NCBI GenBank assembly: GCA_977018835.1
Contig: OZ361259.1
Location: 2,604,001 to 2,668,000, forward strand
DNA: 64,000 nucleotides
DNA from: Minutocellus sp. GHC0000111
Taxonomy: Eukaryota
Direction of reading: 5' to 3'
Shown one piece after another: positions 23,972-35,731 of this stretch. Both the position numbers and the translations under genes were made by a program. Position 1 is the first letter of the stretch. Every line of letters begins with the position of its first letter. Under the pieces are notes generated by a model. The model saw nothing but the letters and a program-made list of their open reading frames with translations, had not been told where the DNA came from and did no database searches.

Positions 23972-25519
23972 TTAACTCTTTTTAGCCCTTTTTTGTTGGT
24001 CGCCATTGGAAGCGCAGTCTGCCCCTCCTCTCTTTCGATCTCCTTTCCACTTGGTAAAGTTGTCAAGGAGACAATCCCAACACTGAGCATATTCCATCTG
24101 CCGTTGAGGGCAGGTTAACGCATACGAAGAACATTTGAGAGTGAGGCAAGTTTCAAACATAAAGGCAAGACGGCCCTCAAATTTAGTGGGTTTGCTGCAG
24201 TCTGCCTTGACGGCTCGCTCGTATGTGTCGGTATCGGGACCGTGTGGCGTCATGGTGTTATGTAACGACGCTCCTCCGGGGACAAAGCCCTCACGCTTGG
24301 CGTCATACTGGCCATAAATCAAACCCATAAACTCGGCCATGACATTTCGATGGAAACACGGCGGGCGGAAGGTGTTGTCATCGGTAGCCATGATCCTCGG
24401 CGGGAATATTACGAAGTCAGCTAGAGCCGTTCCTGGCTCATCGGACTGGGCTGTCAAAACAGTGTAGATGGACGGGTCTGGATGATCGTACGATACGCTG
24501 TTTATAGCGCAGAACTTATGAAGGTCGTATTTGAAGGGCGCATATGTTCCATGCCACGCAACGACGTTGAATGGACTGTGATCCGTCGTGCGTACGAACA
24601 GTTCATTGCCGAATTTGTTCACGATGTTTGATTTGGTGCAGGTATTACTGCTGTTCTCGTCGTACCAAGCGGTTGGGTAGAGAAAGTCTCTGGGATTGGC
24701 CAGTCCATTCGATCCTATGGGGCCAAGTTCTGGTAGAGCAAAATGGCCCTTGAATATTTCGAGGATGTAACCTCTACTTGCCGGTCCATTTGATGACTCG
24801 GAATCAGTACGATGAATATTGACACTAAAGACGATTCCGCGAGGGATGACGCATATCTCGGCCGGATGGACGACCAGTCTTCCCAGCTCTGTCAGCAAAT
24901 GAAGTGATCCAACCTGAGGGACAATCAATAAGTCCCCATCACTGTTGTACTAGTACATGTGTGTGTTGACGCCATCATCATCGGTCGCTGACATCATATC
25001 CGCATTGAACGAATAAAAGTGGATTCCAAGGCCAGACTTGGAGGCTGGATCTCCAGAACCCATCATTGTTTTCATCCCCTCGAGAAAGTTCACACTTTTC
25101 GTATTTTTGCCATCACTCGCTCCTTGCTCGACGAGAGGCATCGGGCCCCATCGCATCGGGTTGGGATCCAACTTGAGATCGGTCGACCAGTCGCATTGGC
25201 CAAAGTAGCGCACTTTCCCTTCTGCTTCGGAGTTGTACGGAACAAACGAGGAGCTACTTCCAGCCACGCCCGGTTGAATCCGATAGAGCCACGTTTTGCG
25301 ATTGGCCGACCGGGGCGCGGTGAAGGCCGTCCCCGACAGCTGCTCCGTGTACAGGTTGCCCGGGACTCGCTGGGGGTTGTTCCGACCACGGGGCAAAGTA
25401 GATGGCTCGGCCTCGCTCTCGTGATGGTTGTGAAATCCTGTCAGATACGTCAGCCCGTCCTGGGTGACGGTGTTCTGCGACGCAGAGGTAGAAGAGCTGG
25501 GTGGTACAGCGTCTGCCAT
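23972..25519 (-). pseudogene. HGD: Homogentisate 1,2-dioxygenase with an in-frame TAG at 24950-24952
   Basis: YLTGF.NHHESEA, LYTEQLSGTAFTAPR, WLYRI.P, YNSDGDLLIVPQ, LPELGPIGSNGLANPRDF, HPDPSIYTVL, FHRN, GGASLH...HGPD, LAFMFE; the two ORFs are in frame across HMY*YNSD. Confidence 0.9.
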
Positions 25520-25776
25520 CTTGCTCGATATGGCCAAAAGGTATAAGAGGATGGTTCGAAACGAGGGGACAGAATTATCAACAATGATGTGATATGCCAT
25601 CATCAAGAAATTCTCATCGGCTCATTCAGCTTTTCAGCATTCAGCTTTTCCGGGCGAAGGACGAACAGCAAAATTGCTCATTTTGCTTTATTTCGTTCGA
25701 TCCGCCTCAAGTGGTTCGATTGCGGCACGGGACGTGTTGACTTTACATGCATGTACGTCCCCTTCCTTCATTCAAC

Positions 25777-27123
25777 ATGATGCTCGTTCGCCGTGCGCCG
25801 CTGATTCTCTTATTACCCCTCGCCGCAGCATTATCCGGCGATGTAGTAAGTCGACGAGATGCGCTTCGATCGACAGCGGCGACGGTCGCCGCTGGTGGTG
25901 CCGACCTCGTGGCAGGTCCGCAAGCATCTGGTGCCGCTGCCGCTGCACCCGAAACAATCGACATGGATGCCATCAATGCGGCGAGAGCAAGGACTGCAGC
26001 TGCACCAGCATCCTCCTCTGCTGCGTCTGCCATCGCTGGCAAGACTGTTCCGAAGATATCGTGCATAGTGCCCAGTGCAGATCCCTCACCCCTCCTCGCC
26101 ATCCGAGGCGAACGCGGGGGAAAGGGCTCGATCAAAATCCCTCGCGTTGGCCATTCGTTGTACAAAACAGCGCCGGATCAGGCGGCAAGGTGCACCGCCC
26201 TGGCGCTGCGGGCCGGCGTCCGCCATCTCGATCTGGCGGCGCAGTACGCATCCAACGCAGAAGTTGCCAAAACACTCAAATCTTATCTGGATGGTGGACT
26301 GTCTGCCATCAAATTATTTGACAACGAGAAGGACGAGCTTCTCCAGTATTTGGATGCCACGTCGGCAGCGGCAGATGACCACGCTACGAAAACCATTGCA
26401 ACTGGTCTGGCGTTTCGAGCCAAGGCGGCACCGCCACCGGATGGACTGGCTGGGCGAAGAGGACGGCGGGAGGGGCTGTTCCTGTCGCACAAGCTGTCCA
26501 ACGAACAGCAAAGCACGGACGTCGTGGCCGTCCGACGGACGGTGAAGAATGCCATCGCTGAATTGGGAGCACAGTATTTGGATATGGTGTCGATCCACTC
26601 ACCGTTGACTGATCGAAATCGGAGATTGACAACGTATCAAGCGCTAGTGGATTTACGCGATTCTGGGTTCATCAAATCGATTGGCGTGTGCAACTATGGT
26701 CTGGGACCGTTGAGAGAGCTCGAGGAGGAGTTCGACAAAGATCTACCGGCAATCAATCAGCTGGAACTCAGTCCCTTCAATATGCACAAAGACGTGGTGG
26801 GGTGGGGTGGGTTGCATGGTGTGGCCGTTGGATGTGCTGCGTGGTCCAAGTTATCTGGTGTCGACGGACCTGCCGACGGTTGGGCGGTTCTGAGCGACAT
26901 TGCGAAAAGCAAGGGCATGACCAAGGCTCAGGTTCTGGTCCGATGGTCGCTTCAGAAGGGGTACGTCTGTGTACCAAGATCGGCTGCTGCGAGCAAACTG
27001 GAAAGAATGGCCATCGCAGAAAACAGCTACGGTGGGGTCAACCCTGGCGACCTCTTGGCGGAAGGAACATCGTTCAGAGTGATTTCACGAGAGAGCAGAC
27101 ACCCCCTCCGCGATGTTTCGTAA
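25777..27123 (+). CDS. Aldo/keto reductase, signal peptide + twin-arginine-like motif; C-terminus possibly truncated
   Basis: Catalytic tetrad context HLDLAAQY, SHKL, SIHSP; KSIGVCNY, INQLELSP, AQVLVRWSLQKG..CVPRS; N-terminal SRRDAL. Confidence 0.85.
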   Translation: MMLVRRAPLILLLPLAAALSGDVVSRRDALRSTAATVAAGGADLVAGPQASGAAAAAPETIDMDAINAARARTAAAPASSSAASAIAGKTVPKISCIVPSADPSPLLAIRGERGGKGSIKIPRVGHSLYKTAPDQAARCTALALRAGVRHLDLAAQYASNAEVAKTLKSYLDGGLSAIKLFDNEKDELLQYLDATSAAADDHATKTIATGLAFRAKAAPPPDGLAGRRGRREGLFLSHKLSNEQQSTDVVAVRRTVKNAIAELGAQYLDMVSIHSPLTDRNRRLTTYQALVDLRDSGFIKSIGVCNYGLGPLRELEEEFDKDLPAINQLELSPFNMHKDVVGWGGLHGVAVGCAAWSKLSGVDGPADGWAVLSDIAKSKGMTKAQVLVRWSLQKGYVCVPRSAAASKLERMAIAENSYGGVNPGDLLAEGTSFRVISRESRHPLRDVS

Positions 27124-27124
27124 A

Positions 27125-27211
27125 CATTGTACCAACTTCCTTTTATTGATGATCCTTACTCAGAAGGGTATTGTAGACCATAATCAACAATAAAAGGAAG
27201 TTGGTACAATG
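27125..27211. repeat. Inverted repeat: 24-bp perfect stem (29 bp with one mismatch), 29-nt loop
   Basis: cattgtaccaacttccttttattg (27125-27148) is the reverse complement of caataaaaggaagttggtacaatg (27188-27211). Confidence 0.95.
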
Positions 27212-28781
27212 ATCTTGGTGCTCTTTTAGCACATGATATAGATACGGTATTAGAGTGTTTCTTTTGGTACACTATTGTTTGAAAATTTATTTTTATGTCG
27301 TAGAATACACTTGTGCTGTTTCAAGAAAGAAAAAATACATCAAACTTTATAACGAAACAAAACCCATTTCGTTCAACGAATGGGGCCACAACATGTGTCG
27401 CCGACGTGCCTCCCATTGAGAACAATCAAGACTACGGGGCACCATACCCTTGTAATAGCCTTTCACAACACTGTGGTGCAGCAGGAGACTTGCAATTACT
27501 TTTTTGAGCCTCGAAAAATTCGTTCGCGTTAGACCCGATTTTTTCGACAGTTTCCGACGTTCCATCACGACCATGTTCGGCCGATGTACAGCACCACCCC
27601 GGCCATCGCATACACTCTGACCACCTAGATGCCTTCCTGAATATTACTGGAAGGGATTTTTGGGCGATAGCGGTGCGTCGGTGCGTGCCTGTACCGCGAA
27701 ATGTGGCCCAGCGCCATTACCACCCCCATTACACCACCCATCCGAAAGTTGGTCCGGATGCTTTTATGCGGTCCATGCACCACTTCCGTTGCACTGAGCC
27801 GTCGACGCTTCACCCATATATATACCAAGCGCATTTGAGTGGGGGGTGGTGGCATTTCTTGACAATTCATAGAGAAAACTATTCCCAAAGTCCCGTGTCT
27901 GATGTCGGCACCAGATTTCACCTTCATTGCTTCTGCCGCCCGAGAGGAACGAAACCGGAGAAAGCGGCCAAACCAACACGTGAGATCGATGGATGTAATA
28001 TAGAATGAGCATCGTGCGTGCTGATATTGCGTGAAGGAACAGTGGTTGAGGCTTGAAGGGGGTTGTAGTTGGGGATTTGCTACTTTCAGATGTTTTTGCT
28101 TTCCATGGTGACGGCCACAATGATACAAAGATGGGGCCCAATATCGACCCTCTGGCGCAAACTTGCTCCCAATATTACCCAAGTGAAAGTAATGCCGGTC
28201 AGGGAGGATTGAAATGGATGTAGACAAGCATCAGCCATCATTCTTTGCCATTTTGGGGGTAAAAAAATATTGAAAATTTCTGGGCATGAGGAGATGTTGC
28301 TAAAATAGCACATGATGCACGAATGAGTTTGCTTTCAAGTATGCAATACTCACCTAACGCATGTAGTTGGCGTATACATCGGTTGGCTTGGAGTTATTTA
28401 TCGTTATACCATCATTTGGTGGCCTTCTTGTGGAGATGAATTCTCCTTGCTTTCGCCGTGTTGAGAGAGGCCATTTAGTGGGTTCATTTTTGCGCTGCAT
28501 AAAGTATCGCACAAAAAAATTTCCTAGTGCCTTACTATTTACGGCGATTTTGTCGGCGGTCTCGTGGAATCACTCTGTAGCTACTACGTAGTTAAATGGG
28601 TTATATGCGTCGTTCTTTTTTATTTGCGCTTTCGCCAAGGGCTATCGCAAATGATCTCCGGGTTACACACAAGATTCATTTTGCCGCGCGCCGCCCAAAG
28701 ATTTCATTCGAACTTGAGTTTGTGCGACGTTGTCGCGATCGCTTGCTGCCGACCGCTCATTCCCAAGTTCCGACGAAAATC

Positions 28782-31509
28782 ATGAAGTTTCATCTTGCTG
28801 CCCTTACCGCTCTTGCTTCCAGCGCTGCTCTTTCGGCCGTTGCTGCCGAGCCGAAGCTCGTTCTCAAGGCCCGTAACTACTTCTCGTGTGGCTACGAGAA
28901 TGGCGCCACTGAAGGGCTTCCCAATGGCAAGCAGTACAGATTTGGGTTCGCTGGCGCTTTGCTCTTTGTGCGCGGATCGTCCATTCGAATTGAGTCGAAT
29001 CGAATCATTCTCATGCTATCCAACTGTGCTATTCATGTGAAAGCTGATTGTAGCAACGCACACTGTTTCGCTTATTTCTACAATTTGTGCATTGGTTACA
29101 TGTGTCGTTTTCACTTTTTCTACTTTCGAATCTTCCGCTACTTTGCAAGATTCCAGATCTAAAAAAACATATCTTTCTCAAGCTAACAATCGGGTTTCTT
29201 CTTTTACTACTCTTACTTCCACCTTCAGGATGTGCTTATGGAATGGGCGGCCTTGAAAAGATCGCCTACGATTCGAAGGAGAAATTCTTGTGTGGTGTCA
29301 GCGAGCAGGGATTCATTACCATCATTGACTATGCCAACGGACCCGGCCCGGATGCCAAGCAGCTGCCCCACGTCATCAGTAATGAGGACACCTACACCGA
29401 CGTTACTGTGTGTGCCGACAAGGGCCTTCTCTTGGCCACGACTAAGGATGACCCCAACCCTGGAAAGCTCACCATCCTCACCGCGGCGAAGCGCTCGCCT
29501 CAGGCACTTATTGAGGCCACCGACGTCGAAAGTGGCGCCGTCTTGATGAGCAAGCCGCAAGTCCTCCATACCATTGAGGTTGGAGCCGGTCCAGACATGG
29601 TCCTTCCCAATGCAGACTGCTCCATCATCGCCGTTGCCAATGAAGGCGAGGGCGATTACGACGACGCCACTGGTCTGGCCAATCCCGAGGGTAGCGTTAC
29701 CTTGATCAAGATTCCTTCCGACATTGAAAACGAAGCCCCAATGGCCACAACCGTCACCTTCCCCTGGTCTGATGAGGACCTCCTTGCCAAGGGAATCCAC
29801 CTTCCCCTCAGCAAGAATGCTCTCGAATATTGGGATGATCATTCCGCCGTTGCTGATGATCTTGACTTCTCTGCCGCCAGAGCTTCCTACACCACTGCTT
29901 CTGTCCTCGAGCCAGAGTGGCTGGTGTGGTCGGCTGACGAGAAGTATGTTCTTGTCAACCTTCAGGAGAACTCTGCCCTCGTCAAGATCAACGTCGAGGA
30001 CGAAGTCGCCGAGGACATCTACAGTTATGGGCTCAAGAGCTGGGCGGAAACTCCCATCGACGTCGTCGAAGATGGTGGATGTGACAATATGCCCACGGTT
30101 GAGGGTCTTTATTCTGTCCGTACTCCCGACTCCATCACCGCCATCATCGTCGATGGCGAGACCTACATTGCCACCGCCAACGAAGGAGATGATCTTGAGT
30201 ATGGTGATTTCGAAGAGAAGCTTAAGTCCAAGGACATTTTCGACGGAACGACCCTGGGCATGCTCAATGCTGTTGTTGATCCCACCATTTTTGATCCTGC
30301 CGCCCCCATGCAGGGCCTCAGCAAGTATTTCAATGGTGCCTGTGGTGAGGATCCGGAATCGCCCGAGTGGTGCGCCACGTCCATGAGGATGACAGTAGGT
30401 TCCTCTATGGTTGACTACACCGACCCTACTGCTCCTATGATCAAGTCCATGGTTGCCATCGGCGGCCGTGGCATTTCGATCTACAAGCTCACCGACGATG
30501 CTCTTGAATTGATTTGGGATTCTGCCGATGAATTTGAGAAGGAGGGTTGTGCGGCCTTTCCCTGGGCCCACAACGGCATCCAAGATGAAGAATTCTCTGA
30601 CATCAACGGAACCCTCTGGATGGTTGATGAAGGAATCCGCGAGACTCTTATGGAAATGAATGATCCCGAGGAGGATGGCTGCGAAGGTGAGCGATACGTT
30701 ACTCCTCTTATTATTATATTGCTGTTGAATTTGAGGGCGCATTGCGATTGCTACACACACATTGTATTGCCTATCTTTTATCGATCTCACCAAGATGTGT
30801 CTTCTCATCCCATCATCAATCACACTGAATTAACAAGATCGTGGCGACGGTATGCCCGGAGCTTGTGCTCTTGGTGACACAGTCGATGAACGCTCCCTGA
30901 AGGACGGTTATGCCGCCGAAGCTGTGAGATACTTAATTGTGCTTTTTATTGTGCATACAATCGTACCTATTTTTGAATAGCAGTTAATATCTTATCGAAT
31001 TACATCGTCTCGTTTCCTCCAACTCCAAAACTTAGATTGTCACGGGCACTGCTTGTGGCAGACCTTACCTTGCAACCGTTAGCGAGAAGAATTCCGTTGG
31101 CTTCCTTTACGATATCAGTGACATTGCCAGCCCCAAGCTTGCCCAGGTCTTCCACCTCTCTCCAGCCAGTGAGACAAAGAATCCCGTTGTTGCCTACGAA
31201 GACAGAACTCTCGGAGAGATCGATGCCGAGAGCATTCTCTTCTTTGAAGAAGACGAGAGTCCCACCGGCGTTCCCGCTATCCTCTTCGCTGGAGCCTGGT
31301 CGTCCACTACCTCGTACTGGGAATTCGACTGCGACGGTACCATGGACGAAATGGAGCCAGAAATGGCCAAGGACGAAATGGCCGATGTGGAAGATGAGGC
31401 CGAGGAGGACGTTGAGATGATGGCCGATGGCACTACCAGCTCTGCCTCTATTCTCTCGGTATCTGCACTTGCCAGCTTCATTGCTTCTATTGTCGCCTAC
31501 GGTCTCTAA
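28782..31509 (+). CDS. Secreted, probably GPI-anchored choice-of-anchor-I / MSP130 / alkaline-phosphatase-associated beta-propeller protein (4 exons)
   Basis: Signal MKFHLAALTALASSAALSAVAA; motifs VGAGPDMV, VANEGE, NPEGSV, LEPEW, VNLQENSA, ATANEGD, GGRGISI, WDSADEFE, DERSLKDG; exons ~28782-28926, 29229-30686, 30838-30923, 31036-31509; hydrophobic C-terminal tail after SSA. Confidence 0.8.
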
Positions 31510-31542
31510 TTTTCTCACTTAAGTGAACTAGCATTCATTCTT

Positions 31543-31620
31543 ACACATCATTTATTTGTAGCCCACACTGCTAATACATGCACACATAATTTATTTGTAG
31601 CCCATACTGCTAATGCATGA
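31543..31620. repeat. 39-bp tandem duplication between convergent 3' ends
   Basis: acacatNatttatttgtagcccaYactgctaatRcatg at 31543-31581 and 31582-31620. Confidence 0.9.
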
Positions 31621-31685
31621 AGTCCAATGCGCAACGTCTATGTAGCGTTTAGCACCGAATACATCCACAACAGCAAATGCAATAC

Positions 31686-32183
31686 TTAGCATTTCATGTT
31701 CCATGCTCGTCCATAGCCAAGGTCTCGGAACACACTGCAACTTGTAATTTTGCCGGTTTTCATATCGACCGAGGATTTCACTTGGCCGACCATTGTGCCT
31801 CGACCCTCTGACTCGTTCGTTTGGCCGAGGCCAAACGGCAGTGCTTTGGCCATGCGACCCATGCCCCCTTTCTGAAAGCTAGCATTGAACCGAACAGCCA
31901 GCTCGTTTGGCTTGGGACTTCCAAATCCGAGAACGTTGTTTACCTTGGTCAAATTTCCCAACTCGGACTTTGCGCTTCGATCCTTTCTCAAAGCTGCTAC
32001 AACCTTGTCGATGCCGTCTTGGGCTTCCTTTTGAGAAACTTGAGCGGCTAGACTTGTTTTGGCAGCGCGGCATCTCCTTGTGATGCCCGATGATGCCGGC
32101 GCAAATGCGGCACAACTTGCCAGTGCCGATATGGCAATTGTGAAGAGCAGGAAGGTTGTCATCAGTGAATATCTCTTCATCAT
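31686..32183 (-). CDS. Small basic plastid-targeted hypothetical protein
   Basis: Signal peptide + SCAA-FAP motif + Arg/Ser transit peptide, followed by a ~115-aa globular-looking domain. Confidence 0.7.
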   Translation of the reverse strand: MMKRYSLMTTFLLFTIAISALASCAAFAPASSGITRRCRAAKTSLAAQVSQKEAQDGIDKVVAALRKDRSAKSELGNLTKVNNVLGFGSPKPNELAVRFNASFQKGGMGRMAKALPFGLGQTNESEGRGTMVGQVKSSVDMKTGKITSCSVFRDLGYGRAWNMKC

Positions 32184-32541
32184 TCTTCCAAACACGCTTA
32201 CTCGAACAGCAAATGGCGCCATTGATCCATTGATCCATTGATCCATTCATTCCTTTCATCGATCCGCACCCGGCCCGCCCGCTTCAACCGTACCCATAAG
32301 TAGGAGATTGGTATTGTGTTTAACATAATCACGACAATCAAGATAGAGATCGAATAATTTCCGTCCGCAAGATACTAGTACCGGTACTCTAGCTACGTAG
32401 TAATACCGATAAGAGAGCGAAGTCACATACACAACAAGTGTTGTACTATGCTCAAAATACAATTAGATTTTCTATAATACGAAGGAGCGCAGGCCTTGCC
32501 GGTACTGACTGCCGTTTCGTGCAAAAGCTGCCTCTCTAGAT

Positions 32542-33975
32542 CTATGCCCATTCTCCTTGCTCGGCAAGCTCCACGGCGGAAGAGGGGACGGCATGTCCTC
32601 TTGAGTCTCTCCTCTTCGATATTTTCCAACCAATGAAAAGAAATACCACAATACACACCAGTGCAGTGATACCAGCAACGGTGGCGTTTGATAGCTGTCC
32701 ATTGGCAACGCGAGAAAGAACCGATCCACTCTCCTCAGTACCAATCTCGCCGCTCACTTTACCAAAACTCTCCTCGTCGACATCGCCCATGACAAATGCC
32801 TCGCTCTCGGCTATGACCAATTATGACATTGCTTCGCTGCCGCTCTGTCCCCAGCTATCGCGAAGGAGAAACACCTTCCACTTGCCCTCTTCCACATTGA
32901 GAAATTCTAGGCTGCTCTCGCCGCTATCGACGTTGCCGTCGCAATCATGCGACCCGCATAGAAACAACCACTCGACACTAGGGTGGGGCACTCGAACGGT
33001 GTCGGTATCGTAGTCGTGATAGGCGGCATCGAACGGATACAAGCCAACCCAATCACCGGGTAAGAAGGGATCAATCTCAAAGGATACCTTGACAGGCGAC
33101 GATAGGTCGTATGCTGAGGCATCGGTGGATATCATGCCCTTCCCACTAAGGTCTTCGGGAACTTCGATCTCGTTGTCCACCTCCTCTCCAATTTCTTCGG
33201 CAATCTCCTCAGCGATCTCCTGATCAATCTCTTCCTCGGTCATGGCCAAGTCATCTCCCAGCTCGTCCAGTTCCTCTTCAAAGTATTCCAGATCCTCCGC
33301 CTCCTCGTGAAGCTCCTCAAGGATCTCCTCCGGTGATTCGCCCTCTACCTTTGCAATCTCGTCGATCACTTCTAGAGCCTCCTCGGCCGTAGCAGCTTCG
33401 TCATCGCCGCCGTTGGTTGATGAGTCCTCGGCATCGGCTTCACTCGCCTCGCTGTCTTTATCGGCACCGTTATCGGCACCGTTGGTTGAGTCCTCCTCGG
33501 CATCGGCTTCACTCGCCTCGCTGTCTGCTGGTTCCTCGTTTGCATCTGCTGATGCAGTAGGCTCTTCGCCGGTGGGTTCGCTTCCTCCTTCTCCTTCTGC
33601 TTCTGCTTCGCCGGGATCTTCTTCCTCTTGGTGGACTGCTGGACTTTCGTCTTCCGCTGACTCTTGCGCTGCTGGTGGCACATCGGCATCAGGTGCCTCC
33701 TCGACACCAGCATTTTCGGCGTCATCGCCACCATCAGATTTGTCGCCTGCGTCATTTTCTCCGTCTTCAGGTGCAGCGGCAGCAGAATCTTCCTCTACTT
33801 CCGTCGGTGGAGGTTCTTCTTGTTCTGCTTGTTCCTCCATCGTGCTGTCGTTATTGCTATCGCTATCGCCGGCGCTTGCTTCCGGTGCTTCTTGCGTCTG
33901 CTCTTCATCAGTGGGCTTCTCCTCTTCCTCCTCCATCAGTCTCTGATCAGCATGCATATTCAGTGCTATCGGCAT
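32542..33975 (-). pseudogene. Highly acidic membrane protein with a SKICH/Fn3-like beta domain and one TM helix; in-frame TAA at 32821-32823; 5' end unclear
   Basis: Long E/D/A-rich tract with an internal repeat (SEASEADAE..STNG x2), VKVSF...GDWVGLYP...W.FLCG...GKWKVFL, then in the same frame after the stop a TM helix ATVAGITALVCIVVFLFIGW. Confidence 0.6.
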
Positions 33976-34185
33976 GCTGGCTGTTGCTGTGCGTGGTACA
34001 GTACTCTGCCTTCATTCGGTCGTACTACCTCTAGCGCGGCTGAGTTATTCCCGTCTCTAAGACAAGTTAATCCCGATCTTGTCTTAGAAACAAGATAGAC
34101 AGATCTCACAAAACTGTACTGAAATCTACGTAAAGCAGGTAGTTTGACAACATTGAGGTACGCGCATTACTAAATAAAAAAAAAA

Positions 34186-35316
34186 CTATTCTGTTTCCGG
34201 ATCACCAACAACGCTGCAGAGCTTGCAGTTCAAGAAATTAGGGTGCGATTGAATAAAGCAAGAATGCACGGCGGTAACCACAGCCTTTTGCTTCTTTTTT
34301 CTCCCTCCGATTAATGCAACGTACTCTTTTACATCCCGGACGAATCTGCGAATCCGAGGAGAAGTGCTGCTTGCTGCTGCTTCATCCACTTCGCTGCCTC
34401 CACCGTGGCAAACCCAGGAGTGACAGCCGGCACACCACCAATTCGTAACAGCCTTGCACAGCATGCAAGCACCTCGAGCACCAGTCTTTCTGTGATTCAA
34501 ATCCTCCGATACTCGATAGATTGGAATGCCTCGACAAGCCTTGAATCGAAGCGCGGCCTCGTCATCTACGTTGCGAGGATCATCGTATCGTCGCTTGACA
34601 TTCCGCCTGGGAGTAGTGCCGTGGTACTGCAATACGTCAATGCCCACCACCTGCGGTGAAGGAGCCATCGGCACCGACACCTCGTCATCAGACACAGCTA
34701 CAGGACCACTAGCATCCTCCTCAATTCCTCCCAACTCATCTATCATCGCCAGAAGTGCCAGTCGAATCTCTATCAATATTTTCTCCAGCGAGTACCGCTG
34801 ACTCCCGGCATCGCGGTATCCATGGAGGCTGGAGTAGAAGGAGAGATCCTTCTTGGCCGAAGTGAGCTTGGCAAGGGAATGAATGTCAGACAGAATCAGC
34901 ATCAGCATTCGGTCGATAACCTTGCTCTGGCGCGAATCATACGGCAGCACCGCCCGATGACCTTCCGCGGCTTGGGTCTTCTCGTCGGAACCCCACTTGG
35001 TGTAGTTCCAATACTGGCACTGCATCGGTATAATTCGGATGGCTGGATTGAGTAATAAATGAGACGACATGTGATGAAAGTACCGAGTGCGCTGAGCGCA
35101 AAACGAACTCGTCGGTCTTGCCAAGACCGAATCACGAGTTAAATGCCGCTCAAGGAACATCATCGTCGTTCTCGGCTCTGTTCGGTGAAAGGCGACGGCA
35201 TCCGCACGACGGCTTGTGGCCAGCGGTGATGGTTGTGGACGGATGGTGATGTGGTGGCTGTTGCACGGGCAGGTGCGAGCTGCCGCTGCATGCATTGTCG
35301 CCATCGAGGATATCAT
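34186..35316 (-). mobile_element. piggyBac-like transposase remnant (C-terminal part)
   Basis: WNYTKWGSD resembles the piggyBac YNxxKGGVD third-Asp motif; C-terminal Cys-rich CMLC...WWCAGCHSWVC...SCFIQSH zinc-ribbon; no N-terminal catalytic half or TIRs identified. Confidence 0.55.
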
Positions 35317-35731
35317 GGTGGCGGTTGGGCGTACACAGTATGGTACTGGGCGAGGGGTTGGTCCCGGTTACGGAACGACCACGGTGGGAGATCGGAGACG
35401 GCGATTGCGTGGACGACCATGGTGGCATCATAAATGTGTGGTCGGATTGGGCTGTGGGGGTGGTGTTTCTTTTTGACCTGGGAAGTGCGATGCATCAGAC
35501 GTCTAGCTAGTAGTAGTATCTTTGCCACATCTCATTCTTTGTGCGATGCGACGGACGGACCGGTTTTCTCTTTATGTACGATACGAGAAGTCTACGTACG
35601 TCTTCGTACGCACGAAGCGCCTTCAAGATGATGGCACTTTTGCCGCCACCGCCTCTTTGGTACCGTAGCGTTCGCCACCGCCACTTCAGCAGCGCCCAAG
35701 ATACTAGCTAGTACTCTAAATCATCAGTGAT

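Noticed and set aside
24350..24365. HGD RPPCFHRN as another Tyr->Cys TpA mutation in a host gene
   Set aside because: The ancestral residue may be Trp or Tyr, so the change is uninformative without an orthologue
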